A stretch of 64,000 nt of DNA from contig NW_002060944.1 of the NCBI RefSeq assembly GCF_000150275.1, positions 6,485,102 through 6,549,101 on the forward strand. Reading direction: 5' to 3'. The position numbers and the translations under genes were made by a program. Positions within the stretch are counted from its first letter, which is position 1. Each line of letters opens with the position of its first letter. Below, one piece after another: positions 51,044 to 64,000 of the stretch. The stretch comes from Trichoplax adhaerens. Taxonomy: Eukaryota; Animalia; Placozoa. The notes beneath the pieces are model-generated. The model searched no databases, was not told where the DNA came from, and saw only the letters and a program-made list of their open reading frames with translations.

Positions 51044-52931
51044 ATGGCAACCTCAACACGAGATTATACACCCGTTGCAAAAGGAGGATTTTGGAATTCT
51101 ACGAAGCCACCACTTAGCAAAGAAACTCAAGACTTATTAAAAGGTAACCCCAACAAGTACCAAACCGAATAGAATTATGATACATTATCCACTGTAACTA
51201 ATAGCAGTAATCAAAGTATAGATGCTATATATTGCATGAAAGAAGAACATTAAAACCTTCATAACCTTTGTAAATGAATGAATGATAGCTTGTTCTATTT
51301 TGTCTCTATGACTAATAGGTTATAATTATCCTAGTCATGCTTGATAGTTTTACTTGTAAATTCTCTACCCTAAATATCCTTGAAGAAAGTGTATTTTACA
51401 TCAAAATCTGTATTTTAAATTTTTAGTAGTTGCTACGAATGCATAGCAAGAAAAAGTTGAAATAGATACTATCATACCGTATTTTTACAATACAATCTAC
51501 TTTTAGTACGTTATAGTAGATACATATGACACGCCAGAAATAGCAGCTATGAAAATAATAGTTTTTAAATTTATCGATACTAAACATATCTCTCTAACAT
51601 GAATTTCCGCTAACAGTGATGATGAAGGAATCTAAGCTTACCAACTTTCAACAGCGACAAATTAACGAAAGAATAAACTGTGAGCAAGCTATTATAATTT
51701 AATTTAAAATATAGCGTTTGAAAATCTTGAACTTTTCTTACTTATTCAATGATTTGTTAACATTACAGCCGGTCAAGGCTTACCTGTTAAAGCTCACTCC
51801 ACGTCATCAAGAAAACATCACAATGGTGAGGCTACTGCAGACAGAAAGAAAGTTTTAAACCCAAAAAATTATCTTGGTGGAATAAGAAGTAAAGACAAAA
51901 TACAAAATATAGTCAAGAAACAAAACGAAGATACGCCAACCTATACCCCTCCTTTCAACACAAGTATGCGTTGAAGAACACCTTGCATGCTAATATTCAT
52001 ATTAATTTAATTCAGCCAGCATATAAATCTTAATCATGGTTTTTACATAAAATTACGATATCTACAATATCATTAAAATATTTCAATAGCAGATCCACAT
52101 TTTAAAAATCGATTAGTTCATATCTCCATCTCTTCAAGATATTTTCCAGATCAACTAATCTAGTTTTTTTACGTAGAAAAAATTACTGATAATGATAAGA
52201 GGAGACTACAGAATCTTATGGCTTATGGTCAGGACGTCACAAATGCCGACGAAGTAGCAAGAAATACCAACACTCTTCCACAACGAGATGAACCAATAGA
52301 AATTGATCGTTTCGAGGAAGGTTAGAACTCTAGATTATATTGTTGTGCAATATTTCATATATCAGTTTACTTCGTAATACCTTAGTTAGATTAAGAACAC
52401 ATAATTGCTCATCTATTCACATTAAACATCTCATTTCTAAGAAATAATACTGCAACATAATATACTTGGATAATATAATAATATCAGATTTATAGTAATA
52501 AACTACATTATTAAAGACATTACCAATTAGAGAGACTCAATTTCGCTAAAATCTATCTTTTCTATAGTACTTGCGGAAATTGAAGATAGAAAAGAATTTC
52601 TAGAAACTATGGAGTCACTAGGGAAAGGAAAAGAGCTTAAAAGTAGGATACTAGCAGAAATATCAATGGTAAGATTTGATAAATTCGCAAGTTTTATACC
52701 TAATTTTGTTATATACGATCTTAGTTCGTAAATACAAACATTGATTTTCAACCTATGTACATGAGATCATTTCATTAGTACTAATTCGTGCAAATTCTAA
52801 TCGTAATTATTTAGAAAATAAGAGAATTAGAGAAAATTGATCGGAAAAGATCGCAGGAAGTAAAAGATTCCTTTCCGGCTGATCAACTATCTAGCCGTTT
52901 TACTTCTCCAATTCAACCGTGGGAAGAATAA
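51044..52931 (+). CDS. C22orf23: UPF0193 protein EVG1 / C22orf23 homolog (239 aa, 6 coding exons)
   Basis: Exons 51044-51143, 51617-51679, 51769-51963, 52177-52320, 52568-52668 and 52815-52931 (720 nt). ETQDLLKVMMKESKLTNFQQRQI, KRRLQNLMAYGQD and DRFEEVLAEIEDRKEFLETMESLGKGK...ILAEISMKIRELEKID match the UPF0193 family. Missed entirely by the ORF track. Confidence 0.92.
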
Positions 52932-54818
52932 TTACTGACTCTGTGACATATTATTAATTTACTTATCTTAATCGAGAATTATAGCAATTCTATCATTAAT
53001 AAACACTTATAACATTTTATGATCGGCATTCGATATAAGTATATCATATAAATGTCCAGTTTCGCTACATATCGATAATTTATAATGATCGAAATTATAA
53101 ATCTCAATAACTATGAATCATCACAACAGTTGTATACTTATAAATGTTAAGCGTGCTTTTCGTATCAATGTAAGACAACTTTAAACTAATCGCATTATAA
53201 GCATAGTAATATCCTCATTATCTAGTTTTAATAACGGATATGCCATTACTGCTTTTAGTTAAAACTAATGTATCGATTTGATTCTCTGTACATACCTAAA
53301 TATTATAAAATGCTATTTAATTAAATCAATTTTGCCTTTTTAAATACTTAAAGTATTATGGTACTACAGTGTAACACCTGTATGTAACGCTGTCATAGAT
53401 AGATAGAAAAGCGTACAGCTTCTCCTAAACGAGAGTATAGACCTTTTTTACATTGTACATTTCTAGTTATACTTATGTACATTAATATTCAATGTCATCT
53501 TACGTATGTGCAACAATACCACTTTAAGTCTTATTAATCAAGGTTAATAAACTGAAAATATCAAACTGAAATCACTTACATAGTATACCCTCAATCATTA
53601 CGTGACTGTGCATTGCCGTAATTAGGCTAGTAACTGAGTTGTTTGCAGACTGTGTAATTACTACGTCAGCGTTATATATGACATTATATCAACTATCCTA
53701 TATCGAGTAGATTAATATTGGTATTTCTGCCTTAATATCTTACAATAAAGGCTAAACAACGCAGTTACTACTTTGAAATTTGACTTTCTACATGTAAACT
53801 GATAGCCCATTATGATGCATACGAATAAATAAATGCCATCCCAGATAACTGCGAGTCAGAGCGGAAGACTTTAAAATTTTCTTACTAAACGATATAGCCA
53901 ATCACAGCAATAGGTTGATTGGTGTAAAATGATACTGAAACGTTGCAAGTATTAATACATGGAACTATGAATAAAATTTATTGAATATTATAAGGAGTGC
54001 TTCGTTTTTATAGTGTAAAAATCACAGCCAATTTGAAACATAAAGAGGACGATGATAGTGATAGATTTATTAATAATTGAAATATTGAACTGATACAATA
54101 TATAAAATTATCAATTTACCAACGCATTTATGACTATTAGCTAACTAATGAAATAGTCAAATTTTATATTAATATGATTATTTGACATAATAGAATATTA
54201 TTATCGATAATCAATTTAGCAGTATTAAAAAAAAGCAAATCGATTATTTCCATTTTTGCCATTTCGAAAATCTGCAAACACTATAAACGAGTAATTACTA
54301 TCATAGAAATAGAATTTATCTTAAAATTTCAACTTGGAAAACAAATAAGTCTGTATTGCGAATATCTTGTTGCAAACATATTATTAATTCTCCTTATTTA
54401 CAAGCGTTTCATGATAGCATTTTTTCTTCATTTATTAAAAGTTTTATATATATACTGTATAAATAGCATCTTTTAGTGGAATAGAATAAGCACGGCATTC
54501 TTTATTATTAGTGTTTTATTATCATCTTGCCATAGTTTGCCAAACTCTCTCCACATTGGGGATAGGAATAGTTCCATAACTGATCACTATTACTTTTAGA
54601 TATTTTCTTATGACTGAGCTGGTCATTTAATCAATTAAAAGTGCGATACCTTCTAGTCAAACCATATATCGTTCAGAGTGCTTTTAAAATATTTCCTTTA
54701 AGCATCTTCATGTAGTATTATTACTGATATTTATTAGCTGTCGCTCATTTATTGTCTTTGATATTAATATAAAATATATTGACTTCGATATTGACCGTTA
54801 TAAAGTAATTCATTATTT

Positions 54819-57800
54819 TCACTGTTGAGCACATTTTGGTTTACTAATTCTTCTCTTTTGAGGAATAAGGGACATTCTTCGTGGTGCTGCAGCTAAAGAA
54901 AAATTGTACAAGATCTGATAAGTACTATTGATAACGGATTTTCTCTCTGATTATTGTTTACTGACTATCTTTGCATAATATGGTTTTACTTAATAAAATT
55001 AAATTAAATTGATATGTTATTTAAGCTGATAAGAAATTCAATTTCATTTACAATTAAATTAAAACAAACCTTGTAAGCGATTGTTAATTTCATTCCTATA
55101 TTTGAAATTACTATAAGAAAGAAAGATAGAAGATTAAGATATAGGTAGGGAAGCTACCAAATAGGGATAATAATTACAAATTATTAGAACAAAGTTTTAC
55201 ATTAAATTAATACCGTCGTTTTGATTATCAGTTTTTGACTTACTTATGCCCTTGTTCATTAACTTGAGTCATGATACGTCCTCTTCTTTCATTAATTGCT
55301 TTTAACTCTCGAATATAACCTCTATAGTCATTTGTATCATCTTCTGATCTAGTTTCTAAGATGGAAAAAGTAAAGTTTTACTACCACTTATTCAATTACG
55401 AGTAGATCACTGTAATTACTAAATGGATAATTAATATTAAAGTTAACTAGCAGCTTGACGAAACTTGCATTACAAACAGCGATCGAAAAACTAAATACCA
55501 TTTTGCTGATAGTATCAAATTGGTTCTATTCTACTGATGATTTGAAAAAATTCGGAAATTATCATTAACTTTAGTTATCACTATTGTCATAAAAGTCACC
55601 GGTATATCATTGATCATTTGAAGAAATGCAGATAGTATATAATTAGTTCAATTTCTTATTAACTAGCATTAGCAAGAGCCTAAAGGGTCCACAATATAAT
55701 CAACAGTAACAATTATTTTTAGCTGGATTTAGGATAGCTTGAACAAACCTTTCTTGTCCAATTGCATTAATTTCTTAAGGATATATTCTTCTCTACGTTC
55801 AACGACCCTGTTATATAAAGTTAAGCGTTCAAATTATTGGTACTAGCAGATCCCATGAGAGGAAATGTTGTAATGCATAATTATTAACATCTTGACAAAA
55901 ATATAAAGGAGAAATAGACTGTATCGCTCAACATCTCTTTAGAAGTATAAAATGTCGAATAAATTGTTTCCGTTAAGGGCTAGAGAACTTACAAAAGTAA
56001 TAGAGAAGCTTCTCGTTTAACGATATTTAATTCTTCATCCTTGAGTAAAATCAGTCTTTCCTTTACTCCTATCTTGTATTGATCGCCTTATAATAGCAAC
56101 ACAGAATGATCATATTATTACAAATCGAAATTCATTTTTAGTCCCCTTTCTAATTAAACTTGAATTTATTGCAACAGCAAATACAGTAAAACAGAAATTT
56201 AGTGTATCTTTTGATATCCTCGATTTTAGTGACAAAGAGCATATAGTAACTTCACCTTTGCTTAACAAAATTAATTACTGAAGCGCACTAGTAAAAAGAA
56301 ATTACTTTACCTCCTGCTTCATAAAGCTCTTTCTCTAAACGATTTCGTTGGGCTTCTAGACGGGCTTGTTTAACGTAAAGCATGGTAATATCATTCATAG
56401 TAATGTCAATAAAATGTAAAGATTGATTTTCTCCTTCGCTAGGAAGTTGGATTCTTGCAGGTGGAGGATTTGCAATGCGTCTTTGGACATCACCAGCTTC
56501 ACTTTCATTATCAATACCAGTATAGACACTATCATTTTCACTTGTATCATCATCGGATGCATGGCCTAGCGCTTGCTTTGCATTTTTATCTATATTGGAT
56601 GCTAAGCTTTCTTTACTACCATAATTTTTACCACCCATAGAATTGAGCGATCGTGTGCTTGATCGTAAAATATTCTCTAAGCTACGAGCAATATCTTTAG
56701 TACGTCGACGGGATACATCGGTTAAGCTGTTGGACATAGTACGAATACGATATTTAGTAGCTCGATCAAAGTGGCTAGTACTTGGTGTTGATGGCGCAGT
56801 GCCTGCATAGGGATTAATTTTAGTCGATGTTGCCTTATTTAAATTAGTCATACTATTAGCCCGTCCACAACGTTGGCAGTAAAATCGATCTTCGGCTTCA
56901 TCATAGACATACGATATACGTGATAAATGGCGACCACAAGTAAAACAACGAAAGCAATGACGATGCATGATATGATTTTCAATGGTTAAGCAATTATGAG
57001 TACCGATGATTTTACTACAGCAATAATCACAAACTGGGTCCGATTTACTGACTGATGACGCAGAATTGATATTGTTGTAATAAGCTGGTAATGTAGGTTG
57101 GATATTTCTATTTGGAAGCGCTGCTTCATAGGTTGATGGTGTTGTTATTGGTGACTTGTCTGTGTTCTGATTTAAACTAGGATCGTAATGATCTTGTAAA
57201 GTTTGAGCTCGTTTTAATGGAGCTCGAGGACGAGGTGCTATTGGATCCGATGGACTTTTACGATTAGGAGAAGTAGGATAATTACGATCATATTCTTCTG
57301 AAGCTGAAGTATCAAGACTACGATATCGGCTATGCATAGCGCTTAATTTTGTTTCTTTATTTGGGCTGATAGGAGAATAACGATGAATGATTTGATCATT
57401 ACCCGTCGCATCGTCAATGCCATCCAAACGAGGACTAGGCGAAGTTAATAATTGTCGATCGATATTTTTCTTATTGGATAACGAAAAGAGATCAGCTACA
57501 TTTGGTTTTTCACTATTTTTATTGGTTAGAGAAGGATCAATATCATCTAACCTGTCATCATTTTGACTTTGTGTATTCTGTAGATCAGTAGCAATGCTTA
57601 ATCCAATCGATCTTGATTGATCGATTGCATCGGTTGATTGATCATTCAATGATTGATTAGGTTCAGAATGTAATTTGGATTGAAAATTGGCAGTATTTCC
57701 TTCTTCTTTACTACGTTGACTACCGGATAGATTGGTTGATGGACTAGAAGCTAGACTTTCCACATTCTTGGAATGACCGGTTGATCGAGCTTTCAGCTCA

Positions 57801-59817
57801 CTTTCCGTTGGAAGACTTCGTTTTGCTTTCAACATCTTTGCTTTTTGGATTGCTGCTTGTAATTCTTCTTTCCGTTTGGTTTCCGGCGAACCTGGCGAAC
57901 TGTACATAGGCGCTCTAGTGCGTTTAACCACACGTTCAGGCTCTCTTGCTTGCTGATTCGAACTCCTTTTACTCGATTCATCATTTATTTTATTTCCGTC
58001 AGCATCTTTCGATAATGCTGTTACCTTACTTCTATCTAGTGGATTGGATTGCATTGCCCTATCGCTATGGCCAACTTTCTTCTCATTTGGATACCGGTTA
58101 GGCATTACTTTAGCCGACGCCTTGTGTGAATCATGTAACTTATGGCTACTCCTTGTATATTCTGTACTCATGGTATTATTGCTGTCTATATCTTTGCTAC
58201 TTTCTATTAAATGGATCGGATTGACCATATTGTCCGAATTGATTTGATTAAAATCAGGCAAGTTAACTGCTTCCTGATCAACAAGATTCTTATTAATATT
58301 ACTACTGATAGTATCGATATTATGAATTAGATTATTCTTGATAGAAGTGTTAATAGTCTGATTAGTTCTATTGAAAAGCTGTTGCAAACCAATTGAATCT
58401 TGTTGATGCCAATTGGGGTAGATTTCAGTATTTTTATGACTGTAATGTTGTAGGTCAATCGATTGTCTTAGACCGTCTAATTTATCAGCAGTAAGGATAG
58501 GATTGGGTTCACTTTGGACTTGAAAAATATCTTGAGCTGTCTGTTCGTTAGGTGTATTTATGAAGGACGAATTGTACAGATTATCAGATGAAAAATGTTG
58601 AACGATAGGGCTATTTCCAAGGGTATTTTCACTAATCGATAGATTGAAGCTGTTGGATCTGGATTGATGATTGGATTCAATTAGCTCGCTGTAACGGATT
58701 GGATTGCTATCGTCTTGTTGTGGTAGAGCTCGTGTCGATAGTAAACTTTGTTGTTGAGTATTAAAATCGTTGACAATTTCTTCTTTCGGACTCAATTCGT
58801 CTCGTTGTACCTCGATAGAATAAGTTAAATTACTGGTTTTATAACTAGGACTACGAATACTAGCAATATCGATATCGTCGATGCTATCGCTATGAGTATT
58901 ATCGTAGCGTTCAATTTGTTGGTTATAAGTTATAGATGAATCAGTTCGCAATGGCGCAATCAGACGAATCTAGATGCAGAAATAATAAAAGAAAGAGCGT
59001 TAATACGTCTATCATGGTCGACAGATTGATTTACTTTTAACAAGTTGAATCTCAATAGCTGTTATAATATTAATAGGTGAAAAATTGGTCAAAGTTTATT
59101 TCAATTCTTTGCACTCTACTTTAAATTAGAATACTTTTTCAATCATGTTAAGGATATAATAACGAATAGGTGATGGCGTTGAAAGTAACTGACAAAGTAA
59201 TCATGGAAATTTCATATATCAATCTTGATGAATCCATCTTAATGGAAAGCTTAAGACTACTTGAAATCAATGGATTAGAGCATTCAAGCAGCAATGAACA
59301 GTGACGAAATTGCTATACCGATATTTAGATGAATAATAAATCTTTACCAAGTTGGTTTTAAAATCGAGTGGATCATAGAACGGTCCATAAATGGAAATGG
59401 AATGAATATTGGTCATTTTGGTGATCCTCTTTTCTATCGGATAAAACGAACTGTACAAGCCTGGAGTGAATAAGGAATGAATTCGATAGTTGGAATGTTT
59501 GTCAAGGGGTGTTGGAGAACAACGAATAATAAGGTGAAGAATGTAGCTGGAGCAGTTAATTCTTCCTAGAAATTTTGTCTTTATATAGGATCGATTGGCA
59601 TGTCATTGCTGTCGGTAAGATACAAAGCTCAAGTCTGCCTTATTACTCAATAGCGATGTTGATGTATATTTTAAGATAGACAAGAAGAACGTAATCACTT
59701 GCTATTGCCATTTCATTATCCTACATTGATCTCCTATATCCGCTCGGACGTTAGTAAATTTAATCAATCAACATTCCTTACCGACATCAATAATGTTTTA
59801 GTCATCCTTTCTTCCAT
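54819..59817 (-). CDS. MICAL-like protein: long disordered region, one LIM domain, bMERB-like coiled coil, polybasic + CaaX (CAQQ) C-terminus; 5' end uncertain
   Basis: Giant exon 56311-58969 with a MICAL-type LIM (CDYC-x17-HRHCFRCFTC..L....Y.YD..EDRFYCQRC, about 56867-57031). In-frame exons 55993-56086, 55749-55807, 55244-55355, 55070-55110 and 54819-54892 give LEAQRNRLEKELY..IVKREASLLLL..ELKAINERRGRIMTQVNEQ...KRRISKPKCAQQ*. Candidate upstream exon 59782-59822 (ATG at 59817) joins in phase; further 5' exons may lie outside the window. Confidence 0.7.
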
Positions 59818-60659
59818 CAATACTGTAGATTTAAATTAAATTAATCAAGATCAAAGATGGCTTATCGTTTGTTTTTCTCTACTTCCAATACAAAGCCTAT
59901 TTGATATACAAGTTGATCTTGAAGACAAAGTAGCAATACCCAAGGGTTTCAATATTGTTAAAGTATAAACTATTTTAATGGTAGTGTAATAAAGTAGTCT
60001 ATTGAAGTAATTCATTTGTAGTAATTAAGGCACGAAATAGAAAAACAATCTTATGAATGATCCATTATCGCTGTTGGACTATTATTATTACTTCATTTTG
60101 TAAGCAGGATACCGCCATCAATAATCGACCTGAAGGCAAGGTGCTGAGATTGAATATGAAATAGCGATTAGACAAAGCTTATGGTCTTTCTTTTCTTCTC
60201 ATATTGTATCATGAAGATAATTAATCCAACATTGAAACTGCTATAAACTGACATAGGGAATTAGACGAGTCAAAGTTTAGTATTTGATTACCTCAGGTTT
60301 CTATTTGGTTTTGTGTCTTGGATAATAAAATTATTTATTCGTTTCTGAGCAATAAACTGTCGCCGAAATGGATTTTACAATACTGATGATCGTAGAAGTG
60401 GGAAAAAACTTTGCGGATTTGAACTAGGAGTGCAATTAGATACAGAATAATACTGTAATTAGGATATCGTTTGTTCTATATTTTATCGCTCTCGACTTTA
60501 TGCGGTCCAGGATAGCGGAAGGGGAACAAATATTCTGAATATTTATGTTAAAAGGACATTCAATATCAATAATGGACATAAAAAAGTGAAAAAATGACGC
60601 ATAAAAAGAAATCGGTTTAGATTTAGAAACTCTTTCACACATTGAGAAATTGATTCGTG

Positions 60660-61665
60660 GCCATGAATTAGACTGATGCGGAAGTTATTCCTAGCCAAAC
60701 CTTCAATCATTACTTGAATTTATCAGGATTTACAAAATTAAATTTTGACCATAAATCCAATAGAAAAGTATTCTTAAGAGAAAGACTTTATCATGGCTTG
60801 AAAATGAATTGATACCTAAAGAAATGCGCCATCGCTACTTGAAATTGACTCTTCGAAGTTTGTAAACCTTGGATATGAATTTATCACGAGTAGTAAACCG
60901 AGTTTTTCGTTATGGATTGAATAAATTACCGGCAACTTGCAAAATCAGTCATAATACAAAATTCTGAGAGGATTTTACCCGATTTCGTAAATATCTATCA
61001 ACATATTGCGAAATCAGGGAATGCCTGAAATTCTCAAGCTGCCGTTAACAATACATTCCTAAAGCAAGCTCCTAATCGATAATATGTATAATTGAAAATG
61101 AATTTCTCAGCGATGTAAACTGAAACTTGATCATAAATGGAGTTTATATAACTAAATCAAACATTCCATCTTGACTTAAAAAAATAAATTTAGTTCAGTT
61201 TAAGAGCTGAATATTGGTCATGAATTCAATGCCGTATTCTGTATTCCTAAAGCGCTCAATCGTTACTTAAAATGAATTGATTACGATTTATAAACTGAAT
61301 CTTGATCATAAACCGAATTTATTCCTAACATAAGCACCCAATCCATATTTGAAAAATGAACTTATCAATATTTATAAGCTGAATCTTGATCATAACCACC
61401 CAATCTATGCTTGAAAATGAATCTATCAGAGTTTGTAAACTGAATCGCAAATAGAATTCACTCCTAAATTCAACGCTCCACCATTGCTCAAAAAATGAAC
61501 TAATCTCAGTTTAAAAGCTTTACACTGGTCGAGAATTGAATCTATTCTCAAGTAAGCGCCCAGCTAATACTTAAAAATGAATTCATTAGAGGTAGAAACT
61601 GAGCTGTGATCATGAATTGAATGTATTCCTAAAGAAATTTTTCATCACGGCTTGAAAAATGATCT
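60660..61665. repeat. Degenerate tandem array, unit about 78-88 bp, roughly 10 copies
   Basis: Recurring ttgaaaatgaatt...taaactgaatcttgatcat...tattcctaa; ctgaa-type anchors at 61120, 61207, 61295, 61379, 61440, 61518 and 61599, with older copies at 60.7-60.9 kb. Confidence 0.8.
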
Positions 61666-62174
61666 AAATCTCCATCAAACTATCCTAACTCGCTTCGTTT
61701 TAAGCCTTTCAAGTGGTCCAAAACGAATACTTTCAGCGCTCATTTTCTCATTTTTATGCTTCAAAGATGTTAACGTTACCGACATTACATAATATCTTGT
61801 CAAACTATCCTAACCTGCTTCACTTTTAATCATTTTAAGCGATATAAAATGACAAAATTTTGCGCATTTTCCATGCTAATCAAAACAATCATAGGTCTTA
61901 CCAAGTTAAGAAGGATAATTATTGAAGCTAAAAATAAGATAATTATTGTCATTTAGAACTTAAATACGCTATAGGTCATAATTAGATTATGTTACTAGTC
62001 ATAATTGAATCTTCTTAGAATAAAAGTAATTTGATTGCATTGGCATTGTTGGTAAAGTTCATCATCAAACTATTTCTACTGGAAATGTTGAGGACTACAA
62101 GGCTCATACAGTAGCAGAGGAAGAAGGGCGATAAAGTGCCATTGGAAATTAATTCTCTATATTGTAAGTGAAGG

Positions 62175-62880
62175 TAAAATTTGAAAGCAAACTGTTCTTC
62201 CAATAAGAATTGTAAAACATTTTTGAATAGTTCAAGGTGTAAAAGAGGAGACAGGATTAATGAAGGAAAGAGTTGTTAGAATATTTTTAGATTAAATTGT
62301 AACCAACAACTGGAAAGTTTGCAATAGAAACGCTTCCTTAAATAGAAATTTTGAATATTGCTGTAAAACTTGTAAGCAAGATATTCCTTCAGTGAAAATT
62401 ATCAAGGTGTGAAAGAGGATACAAGATTAATGAAGGAAACAGTTTAAGATGAAATGGTAACCAACAACCGTAAAGTTTGCAATGCAAACATTCCTAAAAT
62501 AGAATTTTTCAAGCTAGCGTTCTATTTGTAAGCAAGATTCCTCGATGGAAATTATGAAGGTGTGAAAGGGGATGCAAGATTAATGAGGGAATAAAGTTTA
62601 AGATAAAATGGTAACCAACAACCGTCAAGTATGCAATGGAAACTTTCCTAAAATAGAAATTTTCAAGCTAACTGCAAAATTTGTGAGCAAAGTATTTCTC
62701 CAATAGAGAATGGTGAAAAACTCCTTCGAATGTTGAGAGGGGTGGAAAAATTATAACTAACTACTGTAAAGCTTGTAATGGAACATTTCTAGAATAGAAA
62801 TTTTCGATATAGACGTAAAATTTGTAAGCAGTATGTTCCTCCAATGAAAATTATAAAAACTCTTTCGAGTAATTAAGGAC
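62175..62880. repeat. Degenerate tandem array, unit about 150-170 bp, about 4.5 copies
   Basis: aaggtgtgaaagagga.acaagattaatga.ggaa...gtaaccaacaac...aagtttgcaat...aaatagaaatttt...ttgtaagca at 62233, 62403 and 62556, with partial copies either side. Confidence 0.9.
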
Positions 62881-64000
62881 AGAGTTGTTACAACTACTAT
62901 CTGTATGAAAACTCTCCGCCTATACGAAATTGGTTATTTATTATCTAAAATTCTTAAGGGGCTACAAGATTAATTAAAGATCTAACGGGAGTGGAATAAA
63001 GCTGTTAAAAGAAAGCGTTGCTAAATTGTGGCTAACGTTGTAACCAAGATCCGTAAACTCGAATTTTTCTAAGATTGAATGATAACTTTCTGTTGTGGCT
63101 GTTATTATTTTGGTGCAGAAAGCATGGCTATAAATTGAAATATCTGTAATGGCTGCTGACAAAGACCAGCTACATCATTCTTATGATGTAATACTAGCAA
63201 AATACAGCATGGACAGATAGATGTTGCAGTGCTAAATTGATTCATTTCTGTGGAGGATAGAGCTCAAAGTCATGAAGTTTACGCATATATGCAAGTTAAG
63301 CCTGATTTTCTTTCAGACTCTATGATGTTGGGACAAAAAAACAGCCCTTTACCCTTAATAAGAAGGATTAGTCATACAATATATAGAGCACCTAATTCAC
63401 GTAGAGAGTAAAATTTCCAGTGTCGACAAAATACAAACTAAGCTTAATTAGTAGGAGCTCTCCCGTTATAGTGGAGAAAAAGTCTGCAAATGAACAAAAA
63501 AACCCCTTGAGTCGTGTCTGTTTTTTCTTAAAACTGTCTAATCGCAGAATCACTTCTACACTCTTGTATAACTGTTTATCTTGTGGTAATCGATTAATTA
63601 TCAACATAGAAAGTAAAGTTCTTCGGTCCAGAAAAAACCTAGCGACTGAATTTTAGAAAAGATGCTGTTATCCATTAAAAAAGCTTGTTTACAAACGATA
63701 ATTTAGAACAATTTTAACGATATGGATAATAGTGGAATGGTTATCCATGACATACGCGTGTTAGTTCAGTATAGTAAACAAGGAATCAATTGGTTATTTT
63801 AGCTTAGACAGTTCTACATTTTTAGCTAGCATAATGATAATACTAAGTTTCAAAATGAGAAAGAGGTACGTTCAACGTTAGCGAAAATTTTAAAGATATT
63901 CTAACCGATCGACCACAGTTGTAGTCCAAAAATGGCAGAGATGTAAATAATTTCAATTAAATAATTTCATGCATAGTACAGCATCGTCAACAATTAACCA

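Overview
AT-rich (roughly one-third GC by eye), compact, intron-dense eukaryotic DNA from an animal. Composition, short introns and bilaterian-like protein sequences suggest a placozoan (Trichoplax-like), which is an inference. I spliced the genes by hand: an orphan ORF (+), WDR13 (-, 15 exons, one with U12-type intron signals), a Josephin deubiquitinase (+), a Pkr1-family V-ATPase assembly factor (-, a family known mainly from fungi/protists), WDR90 (-, about 45 exons), USP36/42 (-), MED11 (+), SNX8 (-), C22orf23/EVG1 (+) and a MICAL-like LIM+bMERB protein ending in a polybasic-CaaX tail (-, 5' end uncertain). Non-coding highlights: (1) dense chains of TA-(CAG/CTG/CCG/CGG)-TA at nearly every gene 5' end. 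These match Tc1/mariner excision footprints, and one chain runs directly into a mariner-type terminus (TA|CAGGGTGTCTC). (2) A cluster of long hairpins at 10.3-10.7 kb. (3) A telomere-like G4 tract with E-boxes and a CRE in the USP36/MED11 bidirectional promoter. (4) Several degenerate tandem arrays. No rRNA, intact tRNA, CRISPR array or intact transposase was seen. All gene identities rest on recalled protein motifs, not database searches.
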